From Glaucostegus cemiculus (Eukaryota), in NCBI GenBank assembly GCA_976551045.1, contig CDPCPM010000351.1, positions 1,922,001 to 1,986,000 of the forward strand: a stretch of DNA of 64,000 bases, given 5' to 3'. This document shows positions 24,160-36,050 of the stretch, piece by piece. Position numbers and translations under genes: made by a program. Below the pieces are notes generated by a model. It made no database searches and had not been told where the DNA came from. It saw only the letters and a list, made by a program, of their open reading frames with translations. How positions within the stretch are numbered: the stretch's first letter is position 1; every line of letters begins with the position of its first letter.

Positions 24160-25485
24160 TTTTGTACATCTCTGAGGGTGAGTACAGTAATACTTTGATA
24201 ATCCATTATCCATCCCTTCTGGAATCTGATGGTTTGGCCTCTGGCTCACCAGATAACCTGGACCCTGGTTCCCACTGCTCCTCCACTTACCTGGATTCTG
24301 GTTCCCACTACTCCTCCACTTACCTGGATCCTGGTTCCCACTGCTCCTCCACTTACCTGGACCCTGATTCCCACTGCTCCTCCACTTACCTGGATCCTGG
24401 TTCCCACTACTCCTCTGCTTACCTGGACCCTGATTCCCACCGCTCTTCCACTCACCGGGTCCCCACTTCCCTCGCTCTCCGACCACTCACCAGGGCCCTG
24501 GTTCCCGATCTCCCTTTGAACTCTCCCGGTTCGGTTGGCTACACTCACTTTAAATTTAGCAGGTTCACTGAAATGTTACTGCATAACATCATTCAAAAAA
24601 AAGTGAATTGAAAGTGTGTCGGAGGACTAACAAAATAATATTTGACAGTCCAGAAACTACTAGACCACTGCCAGGAAAGTTTCTAGCATGCTGGATTAAC
24701 GAAGTTTTACATAAATACTGAGAGTGCGTCTGCAGTAACGATCTGAATTCATTGCTACAGTCGTTCTTGTAGATAACTGCATCTTTCTGTCTTTGCAACA
24801 CACCCAGCCCAATGGATATCACTCAGGACAAAAGGACAAGGCCTGAATCCCACTATTGAATGGTTAATTATTGCAGCTAACCCAGCCCCACCCAACATCT
24901 GGACTCAGTCACAAAGTACTTTTTAATGAAATCTTGTAGAGCTGTTGAATTTCTCAGTTCAAGCTTATTTCTGCTATGCTATTAACAATGAGAAGAAACA
25001 GAAACACCTGAAATAATATTGTTGCAATAATTTTGAAGTGAAATTATGATATTGAGAGCTTAGTGCAAGGGGTGCCTTTGGTCATCTTGTGTCTTGTGCA
25101 TTCGGTGGCCATACAGCTGGAACTTCTGAGAGGATGAATTTGATGAATTCTCAGTTTGCTGCTTTCACAGCAGATTTCCACAGAGATGTTTGTATCTATT
25201 AACGTCTTTAGATGCTCAATTTTTATGCAATTGATTATGTTGGCATTTGGTCTGGTAACTATTTAATAAGCAACGTTAGTATGAGCCTGAGCAACCATCT
25301 TGTGTATCTTTTCACTGAGTCGTTGATGAACCTTTGCCACCTGTGCTGCCACATCTTGCTGCCTGTGCATTACTGCTGGGTGCTTTAACAGCTCATTGAG
25401 CTCTCAGACTAATTGTTGACGCTGTTATTGTTTGAGTGCTTCAGATGCCAAATCCCTCTTGTCACTATTTTAGCAGAGGATTAAC
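24160..25485 (-). pseudogene. Relic exons: leucine-rich repeat region with an LRR N-cap
   Basis: VEICCESSKL and LSEVPAVWPPNAQD (~25090-25180, LRRNT-like); NLLNLK|GTGAGT donor at 24549; HQIPEGMDNGLSK (~24190-24230). Many stops and frameshifts; interrupted by a 33-bp minisatellite. Confidence 0.5.
24257..24510. repeat. 33-bp minisatellite, 6 good units plus ~2 degenerate units
   Basis: Unit CCTGGAYCCTGRTTCCCACTGCTCCTCCACTTA at 24257, 24290, 24323, 24356, 24389 and 24422. Confidence 0.95.
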
Positions 25486-25967
25486 CTGAATAAATGTTTA
25501 AATAAAATTATCCCAGATATAAATAACTCACCCCCATTGTGGTCGGTTCTGGTATTTTTCATGCTTTGAAAAGGAACAGTGACACAAATAATAAACCATG
25601 GAGAAGAAATCAGTTATGTTTCATTTTTGCCGAATTTCCATCTTGCCAGATATACTGACAGTTTATAACAGGTAGTCGAGGGGATCTGCCTTCTGTTCCA
25701 TCATACTATTCTGCCTTTTGACACGGCCTGGCTGTTCTGTAGATTCCGCCCTATAACCCACTGGTTACATAACCCTTAATGCTATCAGTGATCCAAACCC
25801 AACAAAGGTGGTCCCGCTGCCTCTACACTCCCTGCATCCCCAACGAAGCCTCAGCCCAATATGCTCCCCTCAAACCATCACAACACACCACCACACTCTA
25901 GGTCCTCAGCTTGAGAAAGTAACTTGTATACTTAAAGCAAACCCACACACAGAATCTTTAAGGCAAG

Positions 25968-26220
25968 TAGCGGCACGATAGCATAGCGGTTAGCGCGACG
26001 CTGTTACACCACCAATGATCGGGGTTCGATTCCCGTTGCTGTCTGTAAGGAGTTTGTACGTTCTCCCATGTCTGCGTGGGTTTCCTCCAGGTGCTCCGGT
26101 TTCCTCCCACATTCTAAAAAGACGTACGGGTAGGTTAATTTGGGGGTTTAAAATGGGCGGCGTGCACTCGTTGGGCCGAAAGGGCCTGTTACCACGCTGT
26201 AAATAAAATTTAAAAAAAAA
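25968..26220 (+). mobile_element. Young tRNA-derived SINE
   Basis: gcggcacgatagcatagcggttagc...ggggttcgattccc...tgtaaataaaa. Near-identical copies at ~13993-14232(-), 30040-30275 and 48880-49140. Confidence 0.85.
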
Positions 26221-27449
26221 TAAAGTATTCCTGGCCATCAGTCTGGCATAACTTACTCCTGCCTCCCGTTTCTGTCTCTCTAATCATTAAGCATGACTGC
26301 GTTTTCAACAACATCTATGCTTCTTTTAAGAAATAAAATATTTAGCCTGAATTCTCTATATGGATAAAGGCAAGTGGAATAGGACTAAGGGGATCATATA
26401 GTCATTGCTGTGCAGATACTCACTTGCTTTTAGACGTGGTAGTAAATTTTGCTTCTCATATTGGGTTAGAAAGGAATCCTGTGGGAACTGCCTTTCTTAA
26501 TCCACTTTACTTGACCAATTAATTTTTGGGATGGTTGGAATTCCCATGATTATCCATTCCTCTTTTCCAGAATTTGCACCTTCCTCTGCCCAGCTTTCAT
26601 TATTAGGCAGTCTGAAAGCGAAAACTATTCGTGAGATACTGGTGAAAATGCCTTACTCTTTGAAATGGAGACTCAGAGACTACAGATGCTGGAATCTGGA
26701 GCAACAAACAATCTGATGCAGGGTTTTGACCCAAAACGATGAGAATACCTTTCACCACATGGATGCTGCTCGACCTGCTGAGGTCCTCCAGCAGATTGTT
26801 GTTCTTTGAAATGCTGCCATTGATCTTTTCCCACCTCAATCCAAAGGTGGCATTTTTCAATCTCACACTGCAGTACGGGAGTTATATTCTCAAGTCTCTG
26901 GGGTGGGAGTGATGTAAGTGGCAATGTTCTGCATCTGTTAACTGGCAACCACAGATAGAAAGAAGGGCAAGACCTCAGACTTATCAACCATCCATTAAAA
27001 CAACTGCAGGCGGCACCGTGGCACAGCCAGCATAGCTACTGTCTCATAGCTCCAGCGACCCAGGTTCAATCCTAACCTTGGCTGCTGTCTGTGTCAAGTT
27101 GCCAGGTCACTTTGTGAAATTGTACAGGTTGGTGGATTAGTTGGACTGTAAATTTCCTCTTGCAATTCACATCCCACACATGGTAGAATCTGGTGGGAGT
27201 TGATGGGAATATGGGATGAATAAAATGGGATTAGCGTGGGATTAGAAAGAATGGGTGGTTGATGGTTGGCACATTCTCAGTGGGCTGAAGGGTCTGTTTC
27301 CATGCTGTATAACTCCACACCAACATTTGTAACATAATAAGACAAGAATAGTTGGAACTGGTGGGGAAACTGCTTAAAGATATGAACAGATAGATTAGCT
27401 GCACAGATTAAAATAGTTTCCTTTTATATGCTGCCTGTAAAATGGAGTG

Positions 27450-27900
27450 AATGTTAGCTTTTTTTCTCTGTAGACTTTGTAATCACAAAAGCAATTTCTT
27501 TGCCATTTTAATGAAATGAATATGGTCATCTCCCCTGTCATTAGACAGGAACGTATAGCTTATAACAGTATGGTTATTAAACACAATACGAGGTATAAGT
27601 TGCTGACAGTTTTACGATACGGAGTGGTTACTGGAAACTGTCTTAGATAATGACTTTTTAATCATCTGTGCACCCGTGGCCTCAAGCAATCTGGCCGTGG
27701 TGTGAAAAGCATCTGAAGACATAAAGAAGTTGAAAAGCAATGCCTGAAGACCAAATTCCATTCGCCTCTCAGGTGGACCTATTCAAGTTTTCTTTGAAGT
27801 TTGAAATGGAAATGTTTCAAATTCTTAAAGGCAAGGCTTTTTGAAAGAATCATTATCATTGTACACTAAAACAAGGCTCTTTCCCATATAAAGATTAATC
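27450..27900 (-). pseudogene. Relic LRR exon
   Basis: SLAFKNLKHF...KLE*VHLRG and FMSSDAFHTTARLL, LRR-like, with an in-frame stop. Confidence 0.4.
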
Positions 27901-30699
27901 TCCATTTCCCATCTCAAGAAGCCATTTTTTCAGTTTGGCATGTAGGCTCAGCAATTCAGTTATATGGGTGGCACAGTGCAACAGCTGGCAGCGTCACTGT
28001 ATCACAGCTCGTGACTCAGGTTCGATCCTGACCTCAGATGCTGTCTGCATGGAGTTTACACATTCTCCCTGTGACTACAGGGGTCTTCTCCAGGTGCTCT
28101 GGTTTCCTCGCACTTCTCAAAAATGTGCAGGTGGCTACGCATGTTGGCCACAGTAAATTGCTCGTAGTGTGTAGGTGAGAGGTAGATCCTGGAGAGAGTT
28201 AATGGGAACATGCTCTTCAAGAAAGTTGGGAGAAAGAAACCAGGGAAGTAAAGACGAGTTAGGCAGGAAGTTATTGGATTCTATAGTTAAAGGCAGAGTC
28301 ACTGAACACATTGAAAATTTCAGCTCATCTGAGATGCGTCATGGACTTAGAAAATGCCAGAAATACTTGATAATCCTTGATAAAGTATGTCAACTGATGC
28401 GGTGAAGCACTCTCTGATTGTATGTCTCCATGTATTTTGCTTTTGCTAGAAAGCACTTGATAAATCCTCCCAAAAGTTGTTAGTTACAAGTGAGGCTCAT
28501 GGAATTGAAGGGAAATTATCGAATAGGTTTAATGAGCAGGTACTCATAGTGGTGGTGTCCCATGAGAACTTCTGTTGGGGCCACAACTATCACCATTTTA
28601 TGATTCCAGACAGGAATGGAGAAAGCTGTGATGATGTATTTCACTGTAGCCAAGGGTGAGGTCATCCACTTTGGACCTGAGGTGGGTAAAATTTTTAAGT
28701 GGTAAAATGTGAGAAGTAGTGCAGATCTAAAGAGATTTGCAGAACCCTGTACATATCGTGGACAAGAACAGAAAATGGTCCAAAGGATTAATGAAATGCT
28801 GCCCTTTATATCAAGAGGACTGGGCTACAAGTGGATGGAAGTTCTGCAGCAGTGCAGAGCTCTGACCAGATTCCCCTGGGCACTTTGGACCATTCAGGAC
28901 CTTACTTTAGGAAGCATTGTCTAAAAGTTTGAATGCTAGGCTAACAACTACTTTGGTTGTTGGGTCGTGGTACAAAACTTAGCTGTGACTGAGGTCCAAA
29001 GCCACCTGATCCTTCTCTCCCAAGGCCGGAGGGTGGAGGGTAGTGGATGAGATTGTGGACCAGCGTATTATTGCTAGAGTGGTGGTGTTGAGAGCAGTGG
29101 CTGGGAGATTTGGGGATCAGCAGTCGTCTGATGGTAGGGAAGGTCGGGTGAGAGAGGCAGTGAAGTAGGAGGAAGAGTGTGAAGTAGGGGGGTGGGGAGA
29201 CGCATGAGAACAGGGGCTGTTTTAGCGTGGCATGGAGCAAGGGTATGGAGGGTCCAATACTGTAGCTCTCATATACTTCTGGTCTCCTGTTTTGTGCTCT
29301 GGGAGTTAGACCATTTGTCCCTTATGGCCAGTGCTGCCCCAGGAGAACAAGGTCCAATATCTTCTGCAGTGCTGCATTGGCATTGTCTGGATTAACAGTT
29401 TCATCCCATGCAATGGGAAGTAAGAACACAGTATGCTGGAAACACTCAGCAGGTCAGTCAGCATCCACAGAGAGAGGAAGAGTTAATATTTCAGGATGAT
29501 TATTGCAAATGAAAAGTCATCGACTCGATGTTAATGTTGTTTCTCTCCTCACACCTGTTGAGTGTTTTCCAATATTTTCTAATTTTTATTTCACCTGCAG
29601 TTTTTTTTTTGCTTTTCAGTTTGCTTAACAGCAGGAAGTACCTGGTCAAACTTTACAAGCTACCCCAAACAACTGGACATGCTCATTATTATCATCAATT
29701 CTCCACAATGGCACCGCACTGAAAAAGCTGTAACTCGAGAAGAGCAGAGTGTATTTTTATACCCAACCCTTAAGGGAAGGAAATACTCTGGGATTTAGGG
29801 CTGAGGGCTGATTTGTTTGGAGTTCTGAATGTATTGTGAGTTACTGGGAGAATGGAGCCAACCTGTTTCCAGTGGTTGGGGGTCCAGTGGTTTGGATTAG
29901 GGACCTGGACATTCCTCTCAGAAGGGAAGTAAAGGAGCACCTCTACATGCAGGGATTGTTAGACGCTTGTAGGGTGCATGATGCTGGGCTAGATCTCCAT
30001 TTAAAATCAGATACCGACCGGCTTTTGTTCACCAAGGGTGGGGCGGCACAGTAGCGTAGCGGTTAGCGCAATGCTATTACAGTGCCAGCGATCGGGGTTC
30101 GATTCCCGTCGCTGTCTGTGAGGAGTTTGTACGTTATCTCATGTCTGTGTAGGTTTCCTCCGGGTGCTCTGGTTTCCTCCCATGTTCTAAAGACGTACAA
30201 GTAGGTTAACTTGGGTTTAAAATGGATGGTGCGGCTCACTGGGCCGGAAGGGCCTGTTACCATGCTGTAAAAAAAATCTAAATAAAGGGTATCTCAGAGG
30301 AAGCAACTTTCCGGATTTAAAAGGCACATCAGTCATGGTTTTACTGAATGCTAAATGACACATGGTTAGATGGCTGTTCTCGTGTTACAGTAATTACAGA
30401 CTACTGCTCTCTGCATTTTGTACCTTAGACAGTTTTGCATTCATGCTGCCACGATCTTAAATCCTGCTGCTGTCTATTTGTCAAAAGCTTTCAAAGGTCC
30501 ATATACACATCAACCTCACTGCATCCTGGCTCATGCCATTGTTTTATAAAAGAACTTGTTCCATCTGTCTTTTAGCAAAAAAAAATCTGTGTTAGATTTC
30601 ATTTCATAGTTATGCAAATGGCAACTAATTCTGACCTGTATTACAATCTCTGAATGTTTCCTCACCACCCTTAGGCTGATCAGCTGGTGTTGCCTGTTT

Positions 30700-30960
30700 T
30701 ATTACTCTCCCCTTTTAACAGTTGCAATGTTGAAACAGATGAAACGTTTGCAAATGCAAATAAAACAGCCTTTTGAAAGAAGATCTTCTCCGCTTTTACT
30801 GGAGGACGTAGCCTTTTTAATGTTCAAAGTATTCCAAAGGCTTTTGGAGAATGCTCCTATTGGAATAAAATAAACCAATTTATTGCCTTGATGATAAGAT
30901 CCTGAGACAAGTTCAATTTGGCAACGTTTAAATAAATTATGTGACAAGAATTGGAAAAAC
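30700..30960 (-). pseudogene. Relic LRR exon
   Basis: ORF 30702-30947 reads HNLFKRCQIELVSGSYHQGNKLVYFIPIGAFSKSLWNTLNI, matching the typical LRR pattern N.L..IP..AF..L..L.L. Confidence 0.55.
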
Positions 30961-32329
30961 TTGGCAGGTGCTATTACTGCAGTTCAAGTGTATGCAATTA
31001 ATTTTATTTTTTTTTTGCCTTCCTTCTAGTCTTGGAGAAAAACTCCTGTCAACTTAGGTCAGGAAGATTTACATGAAAAAGTTTGGCTTAACAACACTTA
31101 TATCTCTGAGACAGAATGTTATGGGCTCTAGTCCCCTCTAATCTCTAGACATGTAATCAGGGCAAAGGTTTAATAGGAACTTGAGTGGCAACATTTTTAC
31201 ACAGAAGGTGGTATGTATATGGAATGAGCTGCCAGAGGAAATATTTGAGGCAGGTACAGTAACAACTTTTAAAAGACAGTTGGACAGGTACATGGATTGG
31301 AAGGGTTTAGAAGGTTGTGAGTCAAACACTGGCAAATGCGACTAGTTTGGATGGGGCATCTTGGTCAGCAGGGACCAGTTCAGGCAAAGGGCCTGTTTCC
31401 ATGCTGTGTAACTCTATGACTCTATGTAATGGAGTGCAGGACTGTCAGAGCAGAACTAAGCGAGTGGTGTTCTGTGAGCGGTGGCATCCTTCAGTTGAGG
31501 TGTTGTGCCGATGTTCAGGTAGATGTTGAAGGAATGGGCCTTTAGTTGAAGAGACGCAGTTTATTAATCAAGCTTTGGTGGCTTGGCCAGTCTTCTGGCC
31601 TTAACCAGTGCCCTCAACCTGATCATTCATCTTATTTGCTATTAGTAAATCCTGACTGTACAATTAAATAATAGACCTCAAAGATGTTCTGCGAATTCCT
31701 AAAATGTGATAAAAAGCTGTATAATTTATCAAATTTCTCACAGAAAATCAGATGGAAATGATAATTGTACAAAAGCCTCCCATTCACAGAAGATTTAGCT
31801 TATTAACAAGTTTTCTACAAGCCATTGTGTTTTTATAGTAATGTATTAAACTGTAAATAAATTTTAAAAATGCAATATTTAGTAATCAGTTATATGGTTT
31901 ATGAAAATAAATAGGCAAGATTATAACCCATCTGTGTACAAAAGGAAGAAAGTTATGCTAAACCACTGCCAAGGCCTCAGCTGGATTAATGTGTTTATGA
32001 ACATAAAAAGCAGATGGAGGCCAGCTTGCCCCTCGAGCCCGCTCTGCCATTCAATGAACTCCAATAAGTAGAGAACCAAACTGCTCATCCTTTCTTCATA
32101 TATCAACTCCTTTGACATATGAAGGAAGGTTGGGGGAATCAACCTAATCAAGCTTCTCTGCACTACTTCCAATGTAAGCATGTCCTTCCTTAATTATGGA
32201 GTCTAACTCTTTAGGCATTACCCTAGGGGCCGTCCTGCCAGTGGTCAGTAACATGGCGTCAAAACTTCACTGTTTTTATACTCTGAACTCCTCGCAATTC
32301 CACTATTCCACTCCCATCTAACTGTGGGC

Positions 32330-32700
32330 ATTGCAGTACCTTTCACCACTTCCCTACCCATTATTCAAGGGGCCAAACAGTCTTTCCAAGTGGGGAAGTG
32401 ATTCACGTGCACTTCTTCCAATCTAGTTTACTGCATTTGGTGTTCACAATGTGGTCTCTAAATCGGAGAATCCAAACACGGATTGGGTGATTACTTTGCA
32501 GAGCACCTACGTTCAGTCTGCAGGAGCAACCAGTTCCCCGCCACTTTAATTCTCCATCCCTGTCCTTCTCTGACCGATCGGTCTGTGGCCTCCTGCACTG
32601 CTACAGTGAGGCATGGGGAACAGCACGTCATCTTCCATCTTGGAATATTGTAGCCTTCTGGGCTGTATATTGAATTCTTCAATTTCAGGTAACTTGCTTT
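32330..32700 (+). mobile_element. Penelope-like element GIY-YIG endonuclease fragment
   Basis: FTCTSSNLVYCIWCSQCG..IGESK..LGDYFAEHLRSV. Minus-strand relatives at ~2770-3080, 3475-3930, 12660-12830 and 43750-44310. Confidence 0.8.
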
Positions 32701-34399
32701 CTCTGTCATTGTCAACAACAACATCAAGTGATCCATCTGCTAGTTTTTCTCTCTTTATTACCACAGACTGACCTGCTAGGCATGTCCCGCATTGTTCAGC
32801 TCTTATATTCCTTTGTCTGTGTTCTTAATTTCCAATCGCCCTTATTTCATACTTTCCATGAACAGAGGATCACATATTCCCTCTTATTAACCCATCAACC
32901 AGCTGAGCTCAGTTACAGCTGGCCTCTCCCCATCGGACGTTTTCCCTTTATCCTGTCTAAGTCAGAATCAGGTTTATTATCACTGACGTCTGTGGTGAAG
33001 TTTGTTATTTTGCAGTAGCAGTAAAGTGCAAGACATAAAAATTACTATAAGTTACCAATAAATAAATAAATACAATAGTGCAAGACAGGAATAACAAGGT
33101 AGAGTTCATGGGTTCATGGACTGTCCAGAAATCAGATGGTGGAGGGGACAAATCTGCCTGTCCCCACCCTCCGCACAGCTTGACATTGATATCTTTTCTC
33201 TCCTTCCTGGTTCTGACAAAGTGTCTTCGGCCGTTCTCTCTCCACAGACGCCGCTTGACCTTCTGAATGTTTCCAGCATTTGTTTTTTATTTCAGATTTT
33301 CGATATCTTCACTTCTGTGACTTTGTCTCCGTTAGCCCTCCTGGTTACTTGCTGAATACTCTCCACATGGTAACGTTTTAAGTTTCCCATCTGTAACTCG
33401 ATCTGTGACTCCCTGCCTACTCACATAACTTATCCCTGTCCCCTTCCAGGCTCTTTTGTCCTTGTAGCCAACTAACTTCAGATGCTGCTTCTGCATTTTG
33501 AGTGGCCACGGGGCCAGGGATTCCAGGGAGTGAATGGGGAAGGCGAAGTCTCTGGAACTCTTTCTCAAAGGCCGGTGGTAGCAGAGTCTTCTTAAGGCAG
33601 AAGTAGATGGATTCATGATAAGCAAAGGGGGTGAACGTTGCTGCAGCTTGTCTGTGTTGTCTGAATTTACGTGCTCGTGATGCTGCTGCAAGCAAGTTTT
33701 TCATTGTACCTGTACCTCACCGTCCTTGTGCACATGACAATAAACTCGCCTTGACTTGAAGTTGGCAGGAATGTGGAGATCAAGTTACATTCAGATTAGT
33801 CATACTAAATGGGATAGCAGACTTGAGGATTCGAATGGCCTCGTGCTTCTAATGCACGAGGCCATTCGTGCTTCACTTGCATTGACTGTACATAGTCTGT
33901 GGGTAGAGCAGGGGCTGGATCTGCCCACCCATTACTGTGCCTGCTGCCCCCCTCACTCCTTCCACCAATGTCTGGCCCAGGCACTGAGCCTGACATTCAT
34001 CCCTCAGAGGTATAACAGCGGCAGCTGGTGAGCCCCACACTGGCCGCGTGTCGAAGGTGGCGATCACCACACACACCTGCCAGGTCTCACGTAAACACAG
34101 GTGGATAGGTAGAGTGGAGGAAAGTAGCAGAAGATGAGGAAGAGGAGAGCTTCAGGGGTCTAGCAGCTCGATTAATGAAACCGGACATCTGCAATCAGCA
34201 GCTGGCAAAAGCTCACAATGAGCTAAAACTGTAATTCAATCAAACCTGAAGTGGATTAGGAAGGAATTCAGTTCTTGTTTATCTTTGACTTTTTACAGCA
34301 CCCTTCGATGATGGAAGAATTATTTGTATGGGGTAACTCACTGGCATGGTAGACAATGCATAACAGACGGACATTGCTTCAACATCTGTTTCCATACAG

Positions 34400-36050
34400 A
34401 GTTTACCTTGAATTCCCCTGACCAGCACATTGCTTAGACAAGCAGTTTATATTCTTATTTGTATCCATTATCTAGTTACATGAAGTCGGGGTTATGTCCC
34501 GGTCCAGTGCCTGTGCTGAGTGCACTGGGTTAGATCCTGCCCATGACCTGTGGTGTGGCTGCTTCCCAATGGCTGATATCGCAGTGTCAGGGCCACACAG
34601 TTGGCAGGTTCCTACTGGTGCTCCTGCTGCGGTGGGAAGGGCGATGTCCACGGGCCTGAATACACTAGACACTGGAAGAATTACTGGGAACAAAATGAAC
34701 TCTCCTGGTTTGCAGAGAGCAACTAACTTGATGAGCAAGGTCTCCCTAACATTTCAGCTCTCCCTCCCTCCCGGGAGGTGTCAGTGGCTATAGCCTTGCT
34801 GTGGTACACATGACAGAAGACAAATACTTCCATTTGTCATTTCCATGCATCGTCATTTCCAACTCATCGCCACGTGTAGGAATGTACTGAACGTACTGAA
34901 GTGGGCATCTACCTGAAGAGGAAGCAGTGCCAGACCATGGGTAAAACAGAAGGTAGCTGCACAGCCGTTAAGCAGCACAGTGGCGCAGCTAGTAGAGGCA
35001 CTGCCTCAAAGCGCCAGAGACCCAGGTTCAATCCTGACCTCGGGCTCTGTCTGTGGGAAGTTTGCATGTTCTGCGTGCGTGCTCCGGTTTCCTCCCACAT
35101 CCCAAAGGTGCGCGGGTTGGTAGGTTAATTGGCCGCTGTGGATTACCCCTGGTGGGTGTGACTGGTAGAATCTACGGGCAATTAAGGAAAGTGTGGGAAG
35201 AATGAAAAGTATTAGTGTAAAGGGGTGGTTGGTGATTGGCATGGACTCACGGGGCTGACGTGCCTATTTCCCTGCTGTTTGTCTCAGTGAATCTATGACT
35301 TCATAACTTATATTCTCACTGCAGGCAAATGACATAAGTAGAAGTCTGCCCTGATATGCTTCAGATCAGCTGCAGCTTTAGCTCCTTCTGCAGCCACAGT
35401 GCAAGTTGTATATAACTCACTGAGCACAACGGTGATTGAGTACATATGCATGGGTTACAGTTACAATATCCCTTTCCTGGCAAAGAGCCTTGAACACAAG
35501 AAGCTCTCATCAGGGAAACTCGAAACCTGCAGTCTATTCTTTTCTTTCGAAACTTCTGGATGTTAGCTGTGGTGGAGCAGGCAGTAATAGCTGGACCAGG
35601 ATGAGCAGAGTCTGGCATAGCTGTTTTGTCACTGAAGAACTGAGCTGACAGGGTGAGGAGTTTGTTCCCTAAAGCTTTAATTCACTCCACTGGAAAACCA
35701 GTTTATCTGAAAGCCTGCTGAAAAGAATTAATGTGCTACGACAGGCAGTGAAGTGAACTGATGAGGTGGGAGGATATTAACTCCCGCAGAATAGAAACTT
35801 GTTGATGGCTTCAGTCTAACTCCTGCTTTTTCACCTGCTATTTTTTTTTAAAAGAGACCTACATATTTATAGTTCCTCTGACATCAAGTTTCCCGAACTC
35901 CTGACTGTCAGTGAAGTGCTTTTTAAATAACATCACTTTGTGTAATAGCTGAAGTGTGTCGAACAGTTTCTGCAGAATCCCACGAGCAGCAAAGAGGTAA
36001 AAATTGTCACCACCAGGGAATTCCAGGGCCATTGGATATTCCATGTCCAC
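34400..36050 (-). pseudogene. Relic exons: Cys-rich (GCC2/GCC3-like) and LRR-like pieces
   Basis: LCKPGEF...GTCQLCGPDT (34472-34738), GKGYCNCNPCICT (~35440-35480), ILQKLFDTLQLLHKVML (~35930-35980); a SINE lies between the pieces. Confidence 0.4.

Noticed and set aside
24257-24510. 33-bp repeat as a CRISPR array or repeat-protein gene
   Set aside because: Units are directly tandem with no unique spacers, there are no cas genes, and the context is eukaryotic. The ORFs arise from the 3n unit length.
25968-26060. tRNA gene
   Set aside because: The tRNA-like head runs into a SINE body and A-rich tail, and multiple dispersed copies occur in the window.
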